Of a stretch of 64,000 bases of DNA, positions 41,764 through 51,293 are shown in pieces. Location of the stretch: contig CAWDSK010000003.1 in the NCBI GenBank assembly GCA_963804995.1, forward strand, positions 1-64,000. The letters are read 5' to 3'. Each line of letters opens with the position of its first letter. Positions within the stretch are counted from its first letter, which is position 1. The translations under genes were made by a program, and so were the position numbers. The stretch is from an uncultured Acidobacteriota bacterium. Lineage in GTDB: Bacteria; Acidobacteriota; Terriglobia; UBA7540. A model generated the notes under the pieces. That model ran no database searches. It saw nothing but the letters and a program-made list of their open reading frames with translations, and was not told the origin of the DNA.

Positions 41764-42768
41764 TCAGGATCGCCCGCCGCCACCTCGGGCCATGAACCCC
41801 GCGATGATCTCTTCGACCACGGAATACGGATCCCGTTGGTGTGAAAGCACAGCATCAAGCTGGCGGTCGAGTGACCCATCCCGAAGTGGTTCCTCTGCCG
41901 CGCGCTCGAATAACCCCTGGCGCAACAGTTCCAGCAGCCGCGCCCGCCAATGCTCCTTGCGCCGCTTGGCTCTGACTTTTGCGCTCTCAGTGAATGCCTG
42001 AAACTGCCCAATAGCACTGTGCAGATCATCAACTCCCTCCCCGGTCGTGGCCACGGTCCTGATGATGGGTGGGCGCCATCCATCCGAGCGCACATTCAGG
42101 TAGAGCATCGCGTTCACTTCCTGCTCAACGGCATCCGCCCCCGCCCGGTCTGCTTTGTTCACAACGTACAGGTCGGCAATCTCCATGACTCCGGCCTTAA
42201 AGGTTTGAATATCATCACCCATACCAGGTACCAACAAGAGAACTGTGATGTCTGCAAGGCGCGCGACTTCCACTTCATCCTGGCCCACGCCGACAGTTTC
42301 AATCAGGACCACCTCGTACCCCGCAGCGTCGAGGATGGTGACAACGTCGTGCGTGGTGGGTGCCAACCCGCCGAGCTGGCCGCGCGTGGCCATGCTGCGG
42401 ATGTAGACGCCCGCGTCACTCGCGTGGCTTTGCATTCGGACGCGGTCACCCAGGATAGCACCGCCGGAGAACGGACTCGTGGGATCCACAGCAATGACGC
42501 CGACACGCAGCCCCCCACGTCGATACTGCACGGTCAGTTTCTCAACGAGGGTACTCTTCCCTGCTCCGGGCGACCCCGTAATGCCTACCACCAGCGCGCG
42601 CCCCTCCCGCGGGAAGATTTCTTTGAGCAGTGGAACAGCCAGCGGGTCGCGGTCTTCAACGCTGGAAATTGCCCGTGCGATGGCGCGCCGGTCTCCCGCC
42701 AGGACTCCATCCACCAAGTCGTGTATTACTTCTGGCATAGTAAGGTCTGACCGTAAAATTCCGCTCAT
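41764..42768 (-). CDS. meaB: Methylmalonyl-CoA mutase-associated GTPase MeaB
   Basis: GITGSPGAGKST, AVDPTSPFSGGAILGDRVRM, ETVGVGQ, NKAD. Confidence 0.95.
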   Translation of the reverse strand: MSGILRSDLTMPEVIHDLVDGVLAGDRRAIARAISSVEDRDPLAVPLLKEIFPREGRALVVGITGSPGAGKSTLVEKLTVQYRRGGLRVGVIAVDPTSPFSGGAILGDRVRMQSHASDAGVYIRSMATRGQLGGLAPTTHDVVTILDAAGYEVVLIETVGVGQDEVEVARLADITVLLLVPGMGDDIQTFKAGVMEIADLYVVNKADRAGADAVEQEVNAMLYLNVRSDGWRPPIIRTVATTGEGVDDLHSAIGQFQAFTESAKVRAKRRKEHWRARLLELLRQGLFERAAEEPLRDGSLDRQLDAVLSHQRDPYSVVEEIIAGFMARGGGGRS

Positions 42769-42826
42769 CCGACCGAATTGAAAGGCTATAACACAACCCG
42801 GAGGCCGTCAAGAAAGCGGCGTGTTT

Positions 42827-42936
42827 GGTAGTGTCTCAGTTTGCTTGTTTTGTGGCGGCGGTCTCTGACCACCGGCTTTTGATTCAATGAATTCCGGCGG
42901 TCAGAGACCGCCGCTACAGCAAACTGAGACACCACT
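42827..42936. mobile_element. MITE (copy 2) carrying a REP doublet, 8-bp target duplication
   Basis: TIR GGTAGTGTCTCAGTTTGCT / AGCAAACTGAGACACCACT (17/19); GCGTGTTT at 42819-42826 and 42937-42944. Confidence 0.85.
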
Positions 42937-43056
42937 GCGTGTTTAGACTTCCAGAGGCGAACCCGTGCTAAGCTAAGATGCCAAAACTGGCAAGGTCAAG
43001 GAGATGCGACGGGGCCGAACGACTCCCGGCAGGGCGCTTCTCCGGAAAGGAGGCAC

Positions 43057-43800
43057 GTGCAACTTTTACGGGACATACCCAAAAGTTTGATTTTGGGTGT
43101 TGTATTCACCGGGACTCTTATAGGCGCCGCCTCGAAGGAGCGTCCACCCCAAACCGCGCAGGTAACCATTCAGGCCGCCGCCGCTTGCACGGTGGAATTG
43201 GATGACAAGGCGGCAGGCGCGACGGACGCCAAGGGATTTCTCCTCATCACAGATGTCGACCCCGGAGATCACTACCTGCATATTGGCTGTCCCGGGAAGA
43301 CTGAGGCGGCGTTTTTCATCTCGCCTCATCCCAATGAAAACCTCTTGCTTCCGATCTCGAAGGCGCCTGCGCCCGTCGAGCCGGCCGCCGGGGATCCCAC
43401 CAGCGTTGAGGACCGCCAGGTTGAGCTGCGCCGCCTGGTCCAGCAGGCCGTGCAATTTCGCGGCCAAGGACACCTCAACGAAGCGGTGGCCTCTTTGCGC
43501 GAAGCCTTTAAGCTCAACCCGGAGAATTCCGACCTCCACCGCGAGCTGGGTATTACCTTTCTGCTGAATAAGGATTGGAAGCGCGCCCGGGTGGAAATGA
43601 TTGAGGCGATCCGGCATGATCAGGCCGACGCAGACGCCCACAACGGCCTGGGATACGCGCTGGAAAAGCTCGGAGACCTCGACGGCGCCATCAAGGAATA
43701 TCGCATTGCCACCCACCTTGACCCCGACAACTCAACCTACCGCACGCACTATCTCGACGCCCTCGTAAAAGGGACCGCACGCCAGCAAGCCAAAAAGTAG
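43057..43800 (+). CDS. Exported TPR protein with PEGA-like N-terminal domain
   Basis: Signal-like N-terminus; TPRs (AHNGLGYALEKLGDLDGAIKEY). Confidence 0.8.
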   Translation: MQLLRDIPKSLILGVVFTGTLIGAASKERPPQTAQVTIQAAAACTVELDDKAAGATDAKGFLLITDVDPGDHYLHIGCPGKTEAAFFISPHPNENLLLPISKAPAPVEPAAGDPTSVEDRQVELRRLVQQAVQFRGQGHLNEAVASLREAFKLNPENSDLHRELGITFLLNKDWKRARVEMIEAIRHDQADADAHNGLGYALEKLGDLDGAIKEYRIATHLDPDNSTYRTHYLDALVKGTARQQAKK

Positions 43801-43807
43801 ACTGCCA

Positions 43808-44869
43808 TCAAGACGCCACGGCCCGGCGCGGCACGCCGACCACTTCGCTCAGAACCTGAAGTGCGCGCTCGCAGCCGGCGCGATCCACATCCAGGTGAGT
43901 GACCATGCGCATCCTTTGTGGGCTCTGGCCATTGGCGAGCACGCCCTGCGCTTTCAGGCGCTTGGAAATTTCGGTCGATGTTAGCCCCGTGCCCGTGACA
44001 TCGAAGAACAGGATGTTAGTGACGACCTTGGAGGGATCGATTTTGATCCCGGGAATTTCCGCCAGCCCCTCGGCGAGGAACTTGGCGTTGGCGTGGTCGA
44101 TGTGCAGGCGCTTGGGACCTTCTTCGAGCGCGATGAGCCCCGCGGCCGCCAAGACTCCCACTTGCCGCATCCCGCCGCCCAGCATCTTGCGCACGACGCG
44201 CGCTTCCTCGATGAATTCTTTGCTACCCACCAGCATGGAGCCGACCGGTGCGCCCAGTCCTTTGGAAAGACAGAACATCACGGAGTCAAACCCCTTCGAC
44301 AATTCCGCCACGGACCGTCCCAGCGTCACGCCGGCGTTAAAGATTCGCGCCCCATCCAGATGCACAGGCAAGCCCGCGGCGTGTCCGCGCGTGACAATGT
44401 TACTGGAAACTTCGAACGGATAGACGGTGCCGCCCGCGTGGTTCGAAGTGTTTTCAATCTCAATCAACCCGGTGCGGGCGCGGTGGTCGTTCCGCCCGCG
44501 AATGTGGGGAGCGATCATATCCCACGTCAGGATCCCGCCTTCCACCTGAATGGTACGCGGCAAGACCCCGGAGAACGCCGCCACCGTCGCCATTTCATAC
44601 TCGTAAATGTGGCAGCGTGCTTCACAAATCACTTCCTGCCCATGACGCGTATGAACCTTGATAGCCGTCTGGTTTCCCATCGTCCCTGACGCCACGTAGA
44701 GGCCTGCCTCCCGCCCGAAGATTTCAGCCGCACGCTCCTGCAGGCGGTTGACGGTGGGATCATCGCGGTAGACATCGTCGCCCACTTCCGCTTCGTACAT
44801 GGCCTTGCGCATCGCGAGCGAAGGTTTTGTAACCGTGTCGCTCCGTAAATCCACAATCGGTGTTGGCAT
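43808..44869 (-). CDS. ltaE: Low-specificity L-threonine aldolase
   Basis: DLRSDTVT, SGTMGNQ, HLDGARIFNA, CLSKGLGAPVGS. Confidence 0.95.
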   Translation of the reverse strand: MPTPIVDLRSDTVTKPSLAMRKAMYEAEVGDDVYRDDPTVNRLQERAAEIFGREAGLYVASGTMGNQTAIKVHTRHGQEVICEARCHIYEYEMATVAAFSGVLPRTIQVEGGILTWDMIAPHIRGRNDHRARTGLIEIENTSNHAGGTVYPFEVSSNIVTRGHAAGLPVHLDGARIFNAGVTLGRSVAELSKGFDSVMFCLSKGLGAPVGSMLVGSKEFIEEARVVRKMLGGGMRQVGVLAAAGLIALEEGPKRLHIDHANAKFLAEGLAEIPGIKIDPSKVVTNILFFDVTGTGLTSTEISKRLKAQGVLANGQSPQRMRMVTHLDVDRAGCERALQVLSEVVGVPRRAVAS

Positions 44870-45031
44870 ATTTTTTCACTCCAGTAAGCATGAAATCCGA
44901 CCCATTATACCGGGTGCCGGGTGGTGATTCAATTTGCGCCGGTCTTACGCCACTTTTTGGCGAAATAATCTCAGGGCGGTCAAAACTAGCGAGCGATCCC
45001 AGTGTTTGATGGGCTTCGCCCCACCGCTGTG

Positions 45032-45116
45032 CGGAAGGGCTCGGCCCTTCCGGGGCCGAACCCAGATTTTCTCCTTCCTTCGCGCCGCCTGGAAGGGTAT
45101 CCCTTCCAGGCGGCGC
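45032..45116. repeat. Two related palindromes with GGAAGGG/CCCTTCC core
   Basis: CGGAAGGGC-TCG-GCCCTTCCG and perfect 16-bp arms GCGCCGCCTGGAAGGG-TAT-CCCTTCCAGGCGGCGC. Confidence 0.8.
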
Positions 45117-45177
45117 AGATGAGGTTTATGGTTTACCTCAGCAACGAAAAGGCGCAGAAGCTGTGAAAATATCCCGT

Positions 45178-46003
45178 TGTAGCGGCGGTCTCCGACGGCC
45201 GGCTTTGAGAATCAGCCAATTCGGCGGTCATAGACCGCCGCTAGTGTGCCTGAGAGCGCACACGACCGGAGAGGTGAAAGTCCTCTCCAAGTAGACGTAA
45301 CTTGTAACCAACTGCAACTGCGTCGTGGTGACAGGGGGTGGGGAGCAGCAGGAGGTGAACGGCCAGTCCGTACGATAAGAAACTCGATTCGGCCGGTGAG
45401 GCGTGGCGAGCCTGCTAGCGAATGGCGAAGCCCCGAGTTCCCATAGGGAAGCAATCTTGGTTCGATCCGCCGACAGGTAACGTGCCTTGGCGAGACGGAG
45501 CGCACGCAGGTGGTTGGAGACGGAATGGTCGGAAGGTCGGGTGCGTGAATCAGGGAGACCTGTTCGCGTGGAGCCGAAGGGGTGGCCGCTGGGAAGAGCC
45601 CGAGCACTGCCAGGACGGCGCGAGCAGGAGTCAGAGCGTCCATAAGAGCGACGAAGGGCCGTAATGGGTCTGGAGCGAAGGGACGCAGGAAGGTGGATGA
45701 GGAACTTCGGAGGAACGGGGATACCCCCACGGCCAAGTGCCTTCGGGCTAAACCGCACGTGGGCTCGACTCGCCATCGCTGGAGCCGAGCACCTGAACCT
45801 TGGGAGTTCATCATAGTGGTGGCCCTCTGCGGAGGGCGCGGCTTCTCGCCGATCCTCCGGTGCCTTCTCCTGGGCCTCGGTTGGACCGACATCACTCCTC
45901 TTCGAGGTAAAACCACCGACTGGAGAGCCGGATGCGGGAGATCCGCCTGTCCGGTTCGGAGGGAGGGGGGACCGAACTCAATCGGTTCTCCCTACCCCTA
46001 TCA
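45178..46003. repeat. REP doublet (TGTAGCGGCGGTCT...AGACCGCCGCTA|CA) split by a group II intron
   Basis: Removing 45244-46001 restores AGACCGCCGCTACA, identical to the right arm of the REP at 42851-42918. Confidence 0.85.
45244..46001 (+). ncRNA. Group II intron without an intact RT ORF (758 nt)
   Basis: 5' GTGTG; domain V GAGCCGGATGCGGGAGATCCGCCTGTCCGGTTC (45925-45957, AGC triad); domain VI hairpin with bulged A; 3' end CCCTAT. Confidence 0.92.
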
Positions 46004-46010
46004 ACACCAA

Positions 46011-47192
46011 TCAAACTGTAACAAACTCTTGAAATATCTCGTTTGAAACCAGGCACGAGTGAGGGCATAGGCGCACGCGGTCGCCTTCCCACGCCAGCCA
46101 TCCCGCCTGTGTCAGAGATTGTATCTTGTCTTCCCATGGTTTGATGCGGCGACCTCCCCAGCGTTCACGCGCCCACGACAGGTCGACGCCTTCGAGCTGT
46201 CGCAACCCCAGGAAGAAGAACTCTTCCACCTGTTCCTCAGGCGCAAGAGTGTGGCAATCCTCGATTGGCGAGTGCGCTCCACCCAAGATGGTCATATAGC
46301 TGCGGGCGTCAACATGATTCGCCCAGCGGCGCGCGCCGTCGAAAGAATGAGCGCCAGCCCCGAAACCGACATAGGGGGCGAGCCGCCAGTATTTTCGATT
46401 ATGGCGGGACTCATAACTGGGCAGTGCGAAGTTTGAAATCTCGTACTGGATGTAGCCCTCCGCGGCGAGGAATTCACGTCCGGACTCATAGGCGTCCACC
46501 ATGAACTGTTCGTCCGGTACTGCCTCGGCGTCATAACGATTTCCCTGGTGGACGACTTCCCTGCCCAGCCGGCTCTTCTCATCGATCTCAAAAAGGTAAA
46601 GCGAAATATGTTCAGGCCGAAGCCGGGCTGCCGCCTCCAGAGTGCGGTGAAAGGAGGTCGCCGACTGGTGAGGCAGCCCGGCAATCACATCCAGGCTGAG
46701 GTTGGTGATCCCTGCTTCCCGGGCGCGACCCACCAGCTCCACGCTGTCCGCGGCCGAGTGCAACCGTCCGACCGCGCGCAGTTCGCGGTCATCGAACGTC
46801 TGCGCGCCGATGCTCAAGCGGTTCACGCCCAAGCGTCGCAGCGACTGAAGCAGACCCGCCTCCGCCGACCCGGGAGTGGTTTCGAGAGTGAACTCGATGT
46901 CACTACTGAATTCGAGTTGCGCACGCAAGGTCCCCACAACCTGCACCAGACGCTCGGCGCCCAGCAGCGTTGGTGTGCCCCCGCCGAAATAAACCGAGTC
47001 CACAGAAAGTTTCAGGGTTTCGTGTGAAATGGCGCGTTCGGCATAGAAGCCCGCCAAACCTGTGATTTCAGCCTGGAGACTGCGGGTGTACTGATCGAAG
47101 ATGCTACTCCGTTCCACACCTGAGCTGAAATTGCAGAAACTGCACTTCGAGGCACAGAATGGAATCTGGATGTAAACGCCGAGGGTTGCCAT
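46011..47192 (-). CDS. hemW: Radical SAM heme chaperone HemW
   Basis: IPFCASKCSFCNF, YFGGGTP, YEISNFA, HNRKYW. Confidence 0.92.
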   Translation of the reverse strand: MATLGVYIQIPFCASKCSFCNFSSGVERSSIFDQYTRSLQAEITGLAGFYAERAISHETLKLSVDSVYFGGGTPTLLGAERLVQVVGTLRAQLEFSSDIEFTLETTPGSAEAGLLQSLRRLGVNRLSIGAQTFDDRELRAVGRLHSAADSVELVGRAREAGITNLSLDVIAGLPHQSATSFHRTLEAAARLRPEHISLYLFEIDEKSRLGREVVHQGNRYDAEAVPDEQFMVDAYESGREFLAAEGYIQYEISNFALPSYESRHNRKYWRLAPYVGFGAGAHSFDGARRWANHVDARSYMTILGGAHSPIEDCHTLAPEEQVEEFFFLGLRQLEGVDLSWARERWGGRRIKPWEDKIQSLTQAGWLAWEGDRVRLCPHSCLVSNEIFQEFVTV

Positions 47193-47262
47193 TTGCCTGA
47201 TTGGATAGGCCCGGTTTTACAAAATGTTGTTCTCAGGTCGCGGCGGGCGGCGCCCTACCGCT

Positions 47263-47709
47263 TCAGTCGGCGACGACTTTGATGCGTATCTCGCGCCGGC
47301 GCGGACCATCAAACTCGCACAGAAACACACCCTGCCATCGCCCGAGGATGAGCCGCCCGTTTTCAACCAGTAATGACTTGGAGTTTCCGATCACCGCCGC
47401 CTTCAAGTGGGCATCACAATTTCCATCGTTGTGGTGGTATTCACGGTCACGCGGGGCCAACTGCTTCAGGAAATTGTCGAGATCTTTTTGCAGGGCAGGA
47501 TCGTCATTCTCGTTGATCAGGATGGCGGAGGTAGTATGCGGCACAAAAAGGAAACAAGTGCCGCTTTGCACTCCGGACTCCGTCACCACCTTCTGAACCA
47601 GGTCCGTGATGTCCTTGAACTCCACCCGCGCGCGGGTCTCAATTTGCGCAGTATGGAGCCGCGCCGGGGTTCGCCCGGCGGGAATCACTCTGCCGACTTC
47701 AGATGACAT
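47263..47709 (-). CDS. yjbQ: YjbQ/UPF0047 family protein
   Basis: VPHTTSAILINEN, NCDAHLKA, LGRWQGVFLCEFDGPR. Confidence 0.9.
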   Translation of the reverse strand: MSSEVGRVIPAGRTPARLHTAQIETRARVEFKDITDLVQKVVTESGVQSGTCFLFVPHTTSAILINENDDPALQKDLDNFLKQLAPRDREYHHNDGNCDAHLKAAVIGNSKSLLVENGRLILGRWQGVFLCEFDGPRRREIRIKVVAD

Positions 47710-47783
47710 GGGTCTTCACCTATGCACGTGGCGTCGCATAACCCCAGCTTTGGACAATTGGCCAGCGGCTTGCCACCTTGGTC

Positions 47784-47862
47784 GTAGGGGTACGGCTTGC
47801 CGTACCCTCTTCACTTTTATCGCGCACCCGAACCAAGCGGGTACGTAAAGCCGTACCCCTAC
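47784..47862. repeat. REP doublet (REPIN-like) with GTAG...CTAC ends
   Basis: GTAGGGGTACGGCTTGCCGTACCC ... GGGTACGTAAAGCCGTACCCCTAC. Confidence 0.85.
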
Positions 47863-47880
47863 AACTCCGCGCCGCCCTCA

Positions 47881-49303
47881 CTAGGCGGCTTTGGCCTTTT
47901 GGAGCGCCTCCGTCAACGCCGGGGGCATGGGCGGAATCACCGCCACTGGGGTCACGGTTTTCTTCACCAGCTCCGCGGTACGTTTGATGTTCAGCTTCTC
48001 AAACAGGAAACCAAACTTACTCTCCAAATCGCTCCCAATCCTCTTCCGCACGTCCGCCGGCAGCTCCCAGAACTTTCGCTTAAAGGGACCGAACGCCTTC
48101 TTTCGGGTCTTGTAAATGAATTGCTCGTCAGTATCGCTTGCCTTCTTTTCATCCGCACAAGTCTTGCGCAGGTACTTGTATACTTCTTCCTTAAGGTTGG
48201 CTGGGAAAGCGGGATTCTCATAGATCAGGTTTTGAAATTCTGTTGCCAGATGGACTTCCGCGGTGTCACACTCCGCAAATCGATGGAAGGCGTCTGACGG
48301 CAGAGTGGAAGCGCCATGTTGCACGGCTCCGGCCATTCCATAGCGGTCACGGGCCAGCGCCGAAAGTGTACGCAGGGTTTCGAAATCGATAGCCACTTGG
48401 GCGATGCTGCCATCCGGCATGACAACGCCCCCGTGAGTTGTCCCCGATTGCACGCTGATCTTGGACAGTCCCTTCTTCTTCCCCGCGAGCTTCGAAGAGG
48501 GCGGCCTGGAAACCGTCCATGTAGGCGCTCAGTTCCTCCACTGTGGAATTCTGTTTGCCGACTTCGCCAATTTCGCCGCCCAGGGAAATCGTAACTCCCT
48601 GAGGCTCGATCGAACGCACGAAGGTCGCGAGCTTGGCGCTGTTCTCAAAATTCGCGCGCTGCTGCTCATGCACTCCGGGTTTGCTGAGGTCGACCAGCGT
48701 GGAGGTGTCGATGTCGATGTTGTAGTACCCCGCCGCCACCGATTCCTGGCAGAAGTCGCGGATTCCCTGACGCTCACCCTCCGGATCCTTGGCATACTTG
48801 TTGGCGTTGGCCTGGTAGTGGTCACCCTGAATGAAGAGCGGGCCTGCGTACCCTTCCCGCAGGGCCGCAGCCACCACAACGCCGGCAAATTCCGCGGGCT
48901 TCTGTCCCGTGTATTTACTCTCCGAACGCGCCAGCTCAAAAACGAAGGCTCCGGCTTTTAGGTTCATGGCAGCCCGCAAGACGGCGCGGGCAACGTCGTA
49001 GCTGAGGCCACGAATGTTAATCGCGGGTACCGTAAAACCCGAGAATTCTTTTCTTCCCCGGGCTTCATAAAGGCCCTGAATGGAGGAAGGGATAACGCCC
49101 AGCTCCAGGGCGGCGCGGCGGATGATCCAGCAGGCCGCGGAGCGTACCTCCTCAGTCTCTCCGAAGACCAGGTTCCAAACCAGTAGATCCAAAGTTTGTG
49201 AAGTAAACTTGTGGGGATTCTTTAAAACGATACCACCGGTTTCAGAAATATCATATACGCCACGGTCGCGAAGCAGCAAATCGAGCGGGGAACGCGCATT
49301 CAT
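47881..49303 (-). CDS. Class II fructose-bisphosphate aldolase, long form (apparent frameshift near 48490)
   Basis: TVPAINIR, IQGDH, GEIGEVG, GTTHGG, VQHGAST, HLAT. Confidence 0.88.
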
Positions 49304-49416
49304 GATGACCTCTCCTCATTTGTATGACGCTCGAAACATAATTCTGCATTATAGCAGACCATCCGAGGGAGGGTTTTGTTAATGGCACAAATCCAGGGGG
49401 TGGATCGAGAAAGGTC

Positions 49417-51042
49417 TCAGTATTTTAGGGTTTGATGATCCGAGCAACGCGTTTGGATATGGGCCAGAAGAGAATCCAAAAGCCCATAGCCAGCGCGCCC
49501 GAGAAAATAAACTCCACCTACGCGGCGTTCCTGAAGGTCCTTGTGCGGCATGAGGAATCGTTGCAAAGCCTGCTGGTGGCGAGCCAGGAGATCTGACCGA
49601 CCCAGTGCGGCGCGAGTCAGCTTACCGCGCAGCCGGTCCATTTGGTATTTCATCTTTTCCTTCGTGTTCGCAAGCGTATCCAATAGGGTGGGATCCAGCC
49701 TCTCGATGTCCGCGTGCAGACGATTCAGCAGTTGATCAAGATCGCGCTCGCCTTGATCGAAACGTTCCGACCAACCTTCGGCCAGACCCCCGGCGGCAAT
49801 TTTGCGACTCAGGTGTTCCTCACCCTGCCAAACGTCCACCGGGCTCAGCTTGTACTTGTCCATCAAGCGGTCCGTGCGAGAGTCCACCAGCGTAAAAGCC
49901 GCCCGGGGAAACACCACAGGTTGCGGCCGGCCGAAAGTATGGTAAAGCGCCTGCGCCTGCCCCAGATAGGCCAACTCCGACGGGCCAGCAACGTACGAGA
50001 GCGTCGGCAGGAGCGTATCCTGAATCACGGGTCGCAGCAACACGTTGGGTGAGAAGTCGAGTGGCTGCGCCCCCAGCCAGGATTGGAGTTTGGCGAGCGA
50101 TACTTCTGCGTTGCCGTCGAGGAATAACCTGCCTTCCCGCTGGTGAAGCGGCACGCGATCTCCCTGCTGGGTCACAAAAACCAGCGTTGAGTCATCAGCC
50201 ACGTGCACTTGGGCATGATAACCTCGCTGGACCAGAGCGTGCGAGCGCTCCTGCACCTGGGCGCGGATTTCAGCAGCCCTATCTATCGCTTGCGCGTACA
50301 CGCCTCTGCTGAGTTTGTGCACAGATTCGTCCAAAGGGTCCAGCAGAATAACGCCCCAGCGGCCGAAGAGGCAGGTCATGAACTTCGCAAAGCTGTGGCC
50401 CCACGTGATACCCGACTGAAAACATTCCCGCAGGTCTTCCAATAAACGCGTGCGCGCCTCACCCTCCGGCAGCGTCGACTCCAGTTGCTGGATCGCCGCA
50501 CCGACCTCGGCAGTATGTCGCACTTGGCCCACTGGAGATCGTGGTGAAGGCCGCTCCCCAGAGTCGCGCAACGGAATCAATTCATATTCGTCGCTGAAGG
50601 TGGTTGTTTCCTGAACCTCGGCCAAGTCGTGGTCTTCTGTGGCTAGCCAGAAAACCGGGACGCACGGGAGACCCTGGTCAGAAAGCGACTGCGCCAGGCG
50701 GACCGTGGTGAGAGCTTTGTACAGAGTGAATGCCGGTCCGGAAAACAGTCCTACTTGTTGCCCTGTCACGATGGCGAAAGTTCCAGGGGTCCGGAGGCGC
50801 TGGAGGTTTGCCAGCGTGGGTTCCCCGCAACCAAATGTGCGGTTCTGAGCCGTGAGAATATCCACGATTTCGCCACGCTCGCCCTCGAACCCGCGGAGTT
50901 GCGCCGCTACCTCATGATAGCTTTCCGGATTGTAAGGAGAGCCATTGTAGAACTGGCTGACGCGATCGTAGTGGTAGAGGTAATCAATCAGTAGAGCGCT
51001 GGAGTGCGGGACTTGCGTGTAAGGGATGCATGTCGCTGTCAT
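49417..51042 (-). CDS. bshC: Bacillithiol biosynthesis cysteine-adding enzyme BshC
   Basis: IVTGQQVGLFSGP, PVFWLATEDHD, FSPNVLLRP, YVAGPSELAY, LQERR. Confidence 0.92.
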   Translation of the reverse strand: MTATCIPYTQVPHSSALLIDYLYHYDRVSQFYNGSPYNPESYHEVAAQLRGFEGERGEIVDILTAQNRTFGCGEPTLANLQRLRTPGTFAIVTGQQVGLFSGPAFTLYKALTTVRLAQSLSDQGLPCVPVFWLATEDHDLAEVQETTTFSDEYELIPLRDSGERPSPRSPVGQVRHTAEVGAAIQQLESTLPEGEARTRLLEDLRECFQSGITWGHSFAKFMTCLFGRWGVILLDPLDESVHKLSRGVYAQAIDRAAEIRAQVQERSHALVQRGYHAQVHVADDSTLVFVTQQGDRVPLHQREGRLFLDGNAEVSLAKLQSWLGAQPLDFSPNVLLRPVIQDTLLPTLSYVAGPSELAYLGQAQALYHTFGRPQPVVFPRAAFTLVDSRTDRLMDKYKLSPVDVWQGEEHLSRKIAAGGLAEGWSERFDQGERDLDQLLNRLHADIERLDPTLLDTLANTKEKMKYQMDRLRGKLTRAALGRSDLLARHQQALQRFLMPHKDLQERRVGGVYFLGRAGYGLLDSLLAHIQTRCSDHQTLKY

Positions 51043-51293
51043 GAGAATCTCATATGCTACACGGTCTGACGTTTGGCGGCAATACCCCAAAAACTGATTG
51101 AGCCAGCGGGCGGCGCAAGAAACCAGATAGCATTCTGCGTCAAAGATTAGATGTGCAGGGATACAACGGGTTACAAGATGAAAAGCAATCAGGAGATAAG
51201 TCGCAGTGTTTGGCCAAGGTTCGGGGGGTTCCTACTTTTGGACCTCCCCTCCTCCCATCGAAGGAGGGGAGCTAGTGATTCTCTTGTTACACC

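Noticed and set aside
46011..46028. CAAACTGTAACAAACT after the intron as a MITE right end
   Set aside because: It is the hemW C-terminal coding sequence (EFVTV-stop) and there is no matching left TIR or TSD.
45212..46046. Long ORFs on both strands across the intron (234, 182, 154 aa)
   Set aside because: No RT motifs; they are chance open frames over GC-rich ribozyme sequence.
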